From: Candidatus Aenigmatarchaeota archaeon | Lineage (GTDB): Archaea; Aenigmatarchaeota; Aenigmatarchaeia; PWEA01 | Assembly: GCA_003550625.1 (NCBI GenBank) | Contig: PUKU01000032.1 | Location: 1-35,150 of the forward strand | Direction of reading: 5' to 3' | Length of the DNA: 35,150 nucleotides | Shown here: piece after piece, positions 16,973 to 22,943 of the stretch | How the letters are laid out: each line of letters starts with the position of its first letter | How positions within the stretch are numbered: position 1 is the first letter of the stretch | The notes under the pieces: model-generated | What the model was told of the DNA's origin: nothing | The model's database searches: none | What the model saw: only the letters and a program-made list of their open reading frames with translations | Position numbers and translations under genes: made by a program

Positions 16973-18603
16973 TAGGAGTTATATACACGTTTGCGGCGGT
17001 TTTCGTACTTTCAGCTTTACTTCTGTTGGTATTCCACAAGGCCTTCAAGGTCACGATCCCTGCCTACATAATAGCAGGCCTTATAGGTGGAATGTTCCTA
17101 TCGGAGGAAGGACTGCTGGAACTACTGCAGTGGGGAATAGCCTTTGTGGTTTTCATATTCGGAGCCAAGCTGGAACCAGATAAACTTAAACACGAAATAG
17201 GAGGAAGTCTCCTCAGCACCGGTGTACATATAACAGGACTGGGGCTGGGCTTCTTCGGTGCCCTGTACTTCGCGGGCTTTGGAACACTCAACTCGATATA
17301 CATAAGCGCCGCCCTGGTCTTTAGTTCATCTCTCACAGGGACGGAGCTATCCGAAAAGTACGCGACCATAGAACTCCTGTACGCGAGGCTGGCCGAGGCA
17401 ACAGACATCATACACGATATACTTGCAATAGTTCTTATCTTGCTGTTAAGCCCCGTCCTGTTTAACGTTGGCGTAGCATACGCGTTGGCCGTTGGTGGAG
17501 GTATGTTTTTATTTTCATTGTTTTTCCGGAGGTTTGTATTTCCATGGCTGTTCGAGATGTCCGGCCATTCCGAAGAGCTTATGCTACTCCTGGGGATATC
17601 CATACTTACAGTAATGATAGCTATCTCACAGTTTGTGGGAATATCTATAGTAGTGGGTGCCTTCTTTGCGGGTCTTGCTTTCTCCAAGTTCCCTTACAAC
17701 ATAGAACTGATAGAAAGCACGGAGTCTTTGAAGGACTTCTTCGCAGCGGTTTTCTTCTTCTCGCTGGGAGCCCTTGTTGTGTTCCCTGATTCCCTTACGT
17801 TGGGAATAGCCCTTCTCATAGTACTCACCGTTATCTTCGTAAAGCCTCTTTTAACTGCCCTTTCGTTGATGCACTATGGTTACAGCAAGAGGACTGCCTA
17901 CAGGTGTGCCCTGACCCTGGACCAGATCAGTGAGTTCGTGCTAATAATAGCCATACAGGCATATCTGATGAGTGCAATATCCACCCCGGTGTTCCAGGGA
18001 ATAATACTTGCCACAACAGTTACGATGATTACAACAACCTTCACAGACAACTACTCACACAGCATACAGAACTGGCTTTCGAAAAATCTTCCCTTCGATA
18101 CGCCGGAAGGCCTCAGGAGGTACAACACACAGATAACCACCGAGCTGGAAAACCATATAATACTGGTGGGCTACGACGTACAGGGAGAGAGGATAGGTGA
18201 ATATCTGAAGGGATGTGACAAAGAGTTTGTGGTAATAGATGTGGATCCCGCGGTCTTCGAGGAGGCCGAGGATCTGAAAAACAGAGTCTTTGGAAGTGCC
18301 ATGGACGATGAGAGCTGGGAAAGTGCCAACTACAAGAAGGCGGACATTATAATATCCACTCCACCACAGAGACATATATCCGAAAAGGTACTATCACTAG
18401 AAACAGACGCGAGGAAGGTCGTACGTTCCAACAGCTTCAAAGCCGCCAACAGCTTTTTGGAAAGAGGAGCTGACTATGTCATGGTACATGATTTACTGGC
18501 ATCCGAACAGCTCGTAGACTACATCGAGGAGGCCATACATGGTGATGAAGAAACTATCAAGAGGCTGAAGAAAAACGCTCTCAAGGAACTCAAGGATGGA
18601 TAA
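16969..18603 (+). CDS. cation:proton antiporter (CPA2/Kef-type) with a C-terminal RCK domain, paralog of the upstream gene
   Basis: 544 aa with the same architecture (HIILVGYDVQGERIGEYLKGCDKEFVVIDVD...ADIIISTP). Its ATG overlaps the upstream TGA (ATGA at 16969..16972). Confidence 0.8.
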   Translation: MIGVIYTFAAVFVLSALLLLVFHKAFKVTIPAYIIAGLIGGMFLSEEGLLELLQWGIAFVVFIFGAKLEPDKLKHEIGGSLLSTGVHITGLGLGFFGALYFAGFGTLNSIYISAALVFSSSLTGTELSEKYATIELLYARLAEATDIIHDILAIVLILLLSPVLFNVGVAYALAVGGGMFLFSLFFRRFVFPWLFEMSGHSEELMLLLGISILTVMIAISQFVGISIVVGAFFAGLAFSKFPYNIELIESTESLKDFFAAVFFFSLGALVVFPDSLTLGIALLIVLTVIFVKPLLTALSLMHYGYSKRTAYRCALTLDQISEFVLIIAIQAYLMSAISTPVFQGIILATTVTMITTTFTDNYSHSIQNWLSKNLPFDTPEGLRRYNTQITTELENHIILVGYDVQGERIGEYLKGCDKEFVVIDVDPAVFEEAEDLKNRVFGSAMDDESWESANYKKADIIISTPPQRHISEKVLSLETDARKVVRSNSFKAANSFLERGADYVMVHDLLASEQLVDYIEEAIHGDEETIKRLKKNALKELKDG

Positions 18604-18624
18604 CTGCTTTGAATAAGAACTGAA

Positions 18625-18816
18625 TGGGGCCACCCGGATTTGAACCGGGGGCTGCAGGTTTCACCTCGGCAAAAGCCGCAAACCTGTATTTATATCATTC
18701 CACGGCACGGCGCAGCTATGAACCACGCGGACCATGGTCAATTCTCCAAAAAATCTGGAGCCTGCCTTCAGCGCACCGTCAAGATGCTGTGCTAGGCCTG
18801 GCTACACTATGGCCCC
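18625..18816 (-). tRNA. tRNA-Trp(CCA) with two introns
   Basis: Acceptor GGGGCCA/UGGCCCC with A73; D arm GUGU-AGCCAGGCCUA-GCAC; G26; anticodon arm GCAGG-CUCCAGA-CCUGC; V loop AGCC; T arm CCCGG-UUCAAAU-CCGGG. This gives a 75-nt mature RNA. Exons are 18789..18816, 18755..18766 and 18625..18659. Intron 1 is 18767..18788 (22 nt, between positions 25/26). Intron 2 is 18660..18754 (95 nt, between 37/38). Both are framed by bulge-helix-bulge motifs (see findings). No CCA is encoded. Confidence 0.75.
18660..18754 (-). ncRNA. tRNA-Trp intron 2 carrying a box C'/D'-type K-turn and a guide element for C34
   Basis: D'-like box UUGA (18738..18741) and C'-like box AUGAUAU (18692..18698) flank a 7+6 bp rod hairpin (18700..18737). 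The sheared G-A/A-G pairs, the U-U pair and a Watson-Crick A-U closing pair can all form. The guide UUUUGGAGAA (18742..18751) pairs with the anticodon loop, and the 5th nt upstream of D' pairs with C34. Confidence 0.5.
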
Positions 18817-18823
18817 ACGAATT

Positions 18824-19057
18824 CTATTTTCTCAGCTTCTTCAATGCTTCTATAATTTCGTCAAGTACCTCGTCATCGTCTGGAATCGAGAAGTTCTTCT
18901 TCCATATCCTTTCGTCGTCGTCGCCAAAAAATCCTCTCGACAGTGAAAGAAATACGTTCTCTCCTTCTTCTGATATTGCCTTCTTTCTTGAGACCTCTAT
19001 GAAGTCGTTGTTTCCAAACCTGACTTCGGTACCTTCAACGGTTTCAAAATCTACCAT
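18824..19057 (-). CDS. small acidic hypothetical protein (possibly PC4-like ssDNA-binding fold)
   Basis: 77 aa with an ATG start and a TATA-like AAAGTTTTAAAC about 35 nt upstream. FIEVSRKKAI...FLSLSRGFF...KKNFSIPDDDEVLDEIIEALKKL loosely resembles the PC4/p15 pattern. The family assignment is weak. Confidence 0.5.
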   Translation of the reverse strand: MVDFETVEGTEVRFGNNDFIEVSRKKAISEEGENVFLSLSRGFFGDDDERIWKKNFSIPDDDEVLDEIIEALKKLRK

Positions 19058-19110
19058 TTTAATCCCGTACTCATTTCGTACCTTTAGTTTAAAACTTTAT
19101 TGGAAAAATG

Positions 19111-19180
19111 GGGGCTCACTAGCTACCCGTTGTCCTCATTCCCGAGGGTCGGACTGGGGCGGTGTGCTCATTGCCCACGT
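19111..19180 (-). ncRNA. box C/D sRNA candidate
   Basis: The minus strand reads GGGC-A-AUGAGCA(C)-CACCGCCCCAGU(12 nt)-CCGA(D')-CCCUCGGGA-AUGAGGA(C')-CAACGGGUAGCUA(13 nt)-GUGA(D)-GCCC. There is a 4-bp terminal stem, and the GA of every box is conserved. C-box position 6 and D-box position 1 covary (C:G and G:C). The TATA-like CTTATAAG (19199..19206) lies about 25 nt upstream, and a U5 run (19104..19108) lies just downstream. Confidence 0.6.
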
Positions 19181-19198
19181 AGTGGTTTGTGCCGAAGG

Positions 19199-19206
19199 CT
19201 TATAAG
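19199..19206 (-). promoter_or_regulatory. TATA-like box for the C/D sRNA candidate
   Basis: The palindromic CTTATAAG lies about 25 nt upstream (minus strand) of the GGGC terminal stem. It is flanked by the imperfect inverted repeat GCCGAAGG/CCTCGGC. Confidence 0.4.
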
Positions 19207-19226
19207 CTTCCTCGGCCTGTGAAGTT

Positions 19227-19236
19227 TTTTATATAA
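19227..19236 (+). promoter_or_regulatory. TATA-like box upstream of acs
   Basis: TTTTATATAA lies 22-31 nt upstream of the ATG at 19258. Confidence 0.45.
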
Positions 19237-19257
19237 CACAAGACAATTCATGGTTGT

Positions 19258-21246
19258 ATGTCAGAGAAAGGAACACAGTGGATAGAAAAGAAGGACGGTG
19301 TATACTGGCCATCGGAAAAGATGAAGGAAAAGGCCTTTGTAAGTGACCCCGGTATATACAGGGAAGCAAAGGAGAATCCCAAGGAGTTCTGGGCTGAAAG
19401 GGCCAAAGAGCTTATAGACTGGTTCGATGATGACTGGAACTACATACAGAAATGGAATCCTCCGTTCTTCCGTTGGTTTGAAGGTGCAACCACAAACCTA
19501 TCCTACAACTGCATAGACAGACATATAGATGATAAAAAGGACAAGCCGGCGATAATCTGGGAACCGGAACCCCTTGACGAAGAAAAGAAGGTTCTAACCT
19601 ACGGAGATCTCCACAGAGAGGTACAGAAGTTCGCAAACGTTCTGAAGGAACTGGGTGTAGAAAAGGGAGATGCCGTCACCTTTTGGATGCCAATGATTCC
19701 GGAGACTGCCGTGGCAGCACTCGCATGCCAGAGAATAGGAGCATGGCACTCTATAGTGTATACCGCCTTTTCACCCGAGGCAGTCCGGAAAAGAATGGAC
19801 GATGCTGGATCAAAAATGCTAATAACAGCCGACGGATTCTACAGACGTGGCAAGGCCGTTGAACTCAAGGACAGGATAAACGGTGCCCTCGAAAAGGTGG
19901 ATGCAGAAAGCTGCATAGTAGTCAACAGGGCGGACCTGGAACCGGAGATGGTAGACGGAAGGGACCATTTTCTGTCAAACCTCAAGGACAGTGTTGACCA
20001 AAGCTGCGAGGCCGAGGAGCTGGATGCCGAAGATATAGGATTTCTCCTTTACACGTCGGGAACGACAGGTAAGCCCAAGGGCATAAAACACTCTGTCGGT
20101 GGATACATGGTCCAGGCTGCGCTCAGCATGAAATGGGTCTTCGACTTCCACGACGATGATATATTTTACTCGACGGCAGACATAGGATGGATAACGGGAC
20201 ACACGTACACGTTGTATGGACCGCTTATACACGGCGGGACTACAGTCTGGTACGAGGGATCACCCGACTACCCTAACCTGGAGAGATGGTGGGAAATAAT
20301 CGAAGAAAACGAAGCCACACAGTTCTATACAGCACCGACCGCACTGAGGATGCTTGTAAAGATGGGCAAGGATCTACCGGACAAACACGATCTATCCTCA
20401 CTGAGGATACTGGGCTCCGTGGGAGAACCAATAGACCCGGAAACGTGGGAATGGTACTTCAACAAGGTAGGTGGAGGTAGATGCCCCATAGTAGATACAT
20501 ACTGGCAGACCGAGACAGGTGGAATACTTCTAACATCACTTCCCGGAATGGGTCCGTTTGTACCGGGAGTAGCAGGTGTACCTCTTCCTCCGGTTAACTA
20601 CGATATACTGGATGAAAGGGCAGAACCAACAGATAAGGGAGCTGTAGTCATAAAGGAACCGTTCTCACCTGGTATGCTCAGAGGCGTATACAAGAGCCCC
20701 GATAAGTACAAAGAAGAGTACTGGAGCAGGTACGGAGACAAGATATACTTTTCAGGTGACGAGGGAATAGTAACAGAATACGAGGTAGGCGGGCAGAAAC
20801 TACTGAAGATAGTCGGGAGGATGGACGATCTGTTGGAGGTAGCCGGCCACAGACTCGGAACTGCAGAGTTAGAGGACGCCGTCCAGACGGTGGACGAGGT
20901 TGCGGAAGTAGCTGTAGTAGGTAAACCACATGATGTAAAAGGAGAAGTTCCAGCGCTGTTTGTTATGCTTATAGAAGGTGCAGAACCTTCGGATGGTCTC
21001 AAGGACAGTATAGTTAAGGCGGTCAGAAGGGAGGTAGGACCCGTGGCCACTCCGGGAGAGATATACTTTGTCAACGATCTACCAGAAACCGAATCAGGTA
21101 AGGTCATAAGAAGATTTCTGCGTTCGCTGTTGGAGGACGAGGAGCTCGGAGACATGAGGACAGCCAAGAATCCAGAATGTCTCAAGGAGCTGGCCGAGAA
21201 GGTGGGTTACAGCGGTCCTCAGGAAATACCAGGCTATAGTTCTTAA
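19258..21246 (+). CDS. acs: acetyl-CoA synthetase (AMP-forming)
   Basis: 662 aa. AMP-binding motif YTSGTTGKPKG, plus YWQTETGG, and a C-terminal lysine loop in PETESGKVIRR. Length and N-terminus are typical of Acs. Confidence 0.92.
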   Translation: MSEKGTQWIEKKDGVYWPSEKMKEKAFVSDPGIYREAKENPKEFWAERAKELIDWFDDDWNYIQKWNPPFFRWFEGATTNLSYNCIDRHIDDKKDKPAIIWEPEPLDEEKKVLTYGDLHREVQKFANVLKELGVEKGDAVTFWMPMIPETAVAALACQRIGAWHSIVYTAFSPEAVRKRMDDAGSKMLITADGFYRRGKAVELKDRINGALEKVDAESCIVVNRADLEPEMVDGRDHFLSNLKDSVDQSCEAEELDAEDIGFLLYTSGTTGKPKGIKHSVGGYMVQAALSMKWVFDFHDDDIFYSTADIGWITGHTYTLYGPLIHGGTTVWYEGSPDYPNLERWWEIIEENEATQFYTAPTALRMLVKMGKDLPDKHDLSSLRILGSVGEPIDPETWEWYFNKVGGGRCPIVDTYWQTETGGILLTSLPGMGPFVPGVAGVPLPPVNYDILDERAEPTDKGAVVIKEPFSPGMLRGVYKSPDKYKEEYWSRYGDKIYFSGDEGIVTEYEVGGQKLLKIVGRMDDLLEVAGHRLGTAELEDAVQTVDEVAEVAVVGKPHDVKGEVPALFVMLIEGAEPSDGLKDSIVKAVRREVGPVATPGEIYFVNDLPETESGKVIRRFLRSLLEDEELGDMRTAKNPECLKELAEKVGYSGPQEIPGYSS

Positions 21247-21258
21247 GTGTGTTTTACA

Positions 21259-21273
21259 GGGCTTAGAGAGCCC
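21259..21273 (+). terminator. hairpin downstream of acs
   Basis: GGGCT-TAGAG-AGCCC, 13 nt after the acs stop and preceded by a T4 run. Confidence 0.25.
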
Positions 21274-21314
21274 CATGCGTAAAATTTAAGTTTCTGGATA
21301 ACACAACTAGAGGT

Positions 21315-22940
21315 ATGAGGAGGGGCATATCTGCTCTTCTGTTTCTTATGCTGACTATGCAAACCTGTCCCGTTGCACAGGCCGATGGAGAACCGGAAAA
21401 CTTCCTGGAAAACGAGTTCTTTGATTCATGGGAAGACGGCGATCCGATGGGCTGGTGGTTGGAGAGAGGCGAGAAGGATAGCTACACCAGGTCCGAGGAT
21501 GTGACCATTGTCGGCGATGGTTCTATCTATATAGAGAAACACGAGGAAGAGTTGATTCTTTCACAGGAAGTTTACCTCGAGGAAGATGTAAACTACCACC
21601 AGGAGGTTTGGGCAAAGGGTGATGGCAACTTCAGTGTAGGGATACAGTACCCTGAAGCAACATGGACAGGTTACGGAGACTGGGTGAACGCAGAGGAGGA
21701 TGGGTGGAACAAGGCCACATACCAACAGGATCCCACAGAAAGCGGAGACGATGGACAGATCAGGATCCGAGTAAAAAACGTGAGCCAAGGACTGTGGATA
21801 GGTGCGTCGTGGCTTGGTGAGAAGGAACCCCACAAAAACTGGCCCACGGAACAGGATCACGAAAAAGAGTACATAATTGAGATAACCACAGACGGAAAAG
21901 GAAGTACCAGTCCCTCGGAAGGCAAGCACCCATACGAGGAGGGCGTAACCTTGGAGATAGAGGCCGAACCAGACGAAGGATGGACGTTTGACGGATGGTC
22001 AGGAGACGTTGATAGTGACGACAAGACAGTAGAAATAAGCATGGAGGAAAACAAAAGCGTCGTTGCACACTTTGAAGAGATGGAAGACGTTGGGGAGGAA
22101 GTTGAAAGAATCAACATAAACAAAGCAGATGTGGAAGAGCTGACCGAGATAGTAAACATCGGCGAAGCAATAGCACAAAGGATAGTCGGTGATCATGACG
22201 ACTTCTACGCACTTGCCCAGTTGACGGAGGTTCAGGGACTGGGCCCCAAGACCGTCACTGAGATAATGGAGGAGGGAAAAGCCCACGTTGTTCCACCGGA
22301 GGATGAATGGGACCTCACCGATATACTCTGCCCCGGCACAGATGATGAAGACGATGTGGGTATGGTCTACGAGGAGGTCGGGTTTATGAACCGAAGTTTT
22401 CGTATAATTCCGGGGGATGTGGAAAGGTTCAAGGAAGCCGCAGAAGAGACCAGGGAGAAGGATAAAAGGACTTTCGAACTCTTTGAATACGACGAAGAAG
22501 TGAGGGCCGGCGAAGAACTGGAGTCTCTTTTTTTGCTGAGAAACAGGGACAATGAAGGAAAAAATCTCACAGTAAAATCCTACGTTTACGAAAACAAGAG
22601 TCCTGTAAATGAAGAGGGCTGGCACGGTAACGAAAGAACTGTGTACTTAGAAGGCGGCGAAAACACCTCCATTGAGCTTGGGAATAGAATAAAGAAAGGG
22701 ACCGAACAAGGCAACTACTCGTACAGGATAATGGTCCACGAGGAAGACAGAAAGACCAACTTTACAAGGAAAGTAAAGGTTCTCGGAGCCGAAGAAACGG
22801 AAACCATTGAAAATGATACAAAAACCACAGAGGAGAGACGGGACTACGAAGAGAAGGATACGCCCACAGGAAGAACTTTCGAAAGACCAACGGCACTAGA
22901 GGAACTCGTTGGAAGAATAGTTAGTTTTCTGGGTCTGTGA
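21315..22940 (+). CDS. secreted multidomain protein: jelly-roll/CBM-like N-domain, InlB-B-type repeat, tandem helix-hairpin-helix (ComEA-like), acidic C-terminal region
   Basis: Signal peptide MRRGISALLFLMLTMQTCPVAQA. Residues 185-253 (YIIEITTDGKGSTSPSEG...EGWTFDGWSGDV...VVAHF) look like the bacterial repeat domain. Residues 266-322 (INKADVEELTEIVNIGEAIAQRIV...LTEVQGLGPKTVTEIM) form two HhH motifs. Confidence 0.7.
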   Translation: MRRGISALLFLMLTMQTCPVAQADGEPENFLENEFFDSWEDGDPMGWWLERGEKDSYTRSEDVTIVGDGSIYIEKHEEELILSQEVYLEEDVNYHQEVWAKGDGNFSVGIQYPEATWTGYGDWVNAEEDGWNKATYQQDPTESGDDGQIRIRVKNVSQGLWIGASWLGEKEPHKNWPTEQDHEKEYIIEITTDGKGSTSPSEGKHPYEEGVTLEIEAEPDEGWTFDGWSGDVDSDDKTVEISMEENKSVVAHFEEMEDVGEEVERININKADVEELTEIVNIGEAIAQRIVGDHDDFYALAQLTEVQGLGPKTVTEIMEEGKAHVVPPEDEWDLTDILCPGTDDEDDVGMVYEEVGFMNRSFRIIPGDVERFKEAAEETREKDKRTFELFEYDEEVRAGEELESLFLLRNRDNEGKNLTVKSYVYENKSPVNEEGWHGNERTVYLEGGENTSIELGNRIKKGTEQGNYSYRIMVHEEDRKTNFTRKVKVLGAEETETIENDTKTTEERRDYEEKDTPTGRTFERPTALEELVGRIVSFLGL

Positions 22941-22943
22941 CCC

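Noticed and set aside
18655-18686. A 7-bp stem CAGGUUU/AAACCUG that directly abuts the V loop and T arm. Its loop starts UUGCGG (like an Arg-GCG loop) and it carries a 15-nt insert.
   Set aside because: No splice motif fits a 15-nt intron in any of the 7 possible registers. The 3' strand is part of CCUGC, which pairs perfectly with GCAGG next to the CUCCAGA loop (the Trp model), where BHB motifs do exist. It is probably an intron antisense element.
18710-18728. A perfect 6-bp stem (GCGUGG/CUGCGC) with the 7-nt loop UUCAUAG inside the tRNA locus. It looks like a Met/Ile2 (CAU) anticodon arm.
   Set aside because: No bulge-helix-bulge can be drawn on either side in any register I tried, and using it leaves no proper variable loop. 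It is better explained as the distal part of the rod helix (stem I) that closes the C'/D' K-turn in intron 2 of tRNA-Trp.
18624-19205. A 193-aa + strand ORF from the track.
   Set aside because: It runs antisense through tRNA-Trp, the 77-aa gene and the sRNA. Its composition is low-complexity (S/F/P/L), with no start-site signals.
19191-19216. An imperfect palindrome GCCGAAGG-CTTATAAG-CTTCCTCGGC, considered as a terminator or structured RNA.
   Set aside because: The arms are imperfect, and the centre is a TATA-like element at the right distance for the minus-strand sRNA. I treat it as promoter context only.
19111-19235. The same GC-rich island read on the + strand as a roughly 120-nt RNA (5S-like or other), with TTTAAAAC upstream and a T6 run downstream.
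   Set aside because: There is no terminal helix between the ends and no 5S-like loop sequences as I remember them. The upstream TATA-like element fits the minus-strand 77-aa gene and the T-run is part of the acs promoter. The minus-strand reading gives a complete C/D architecture.
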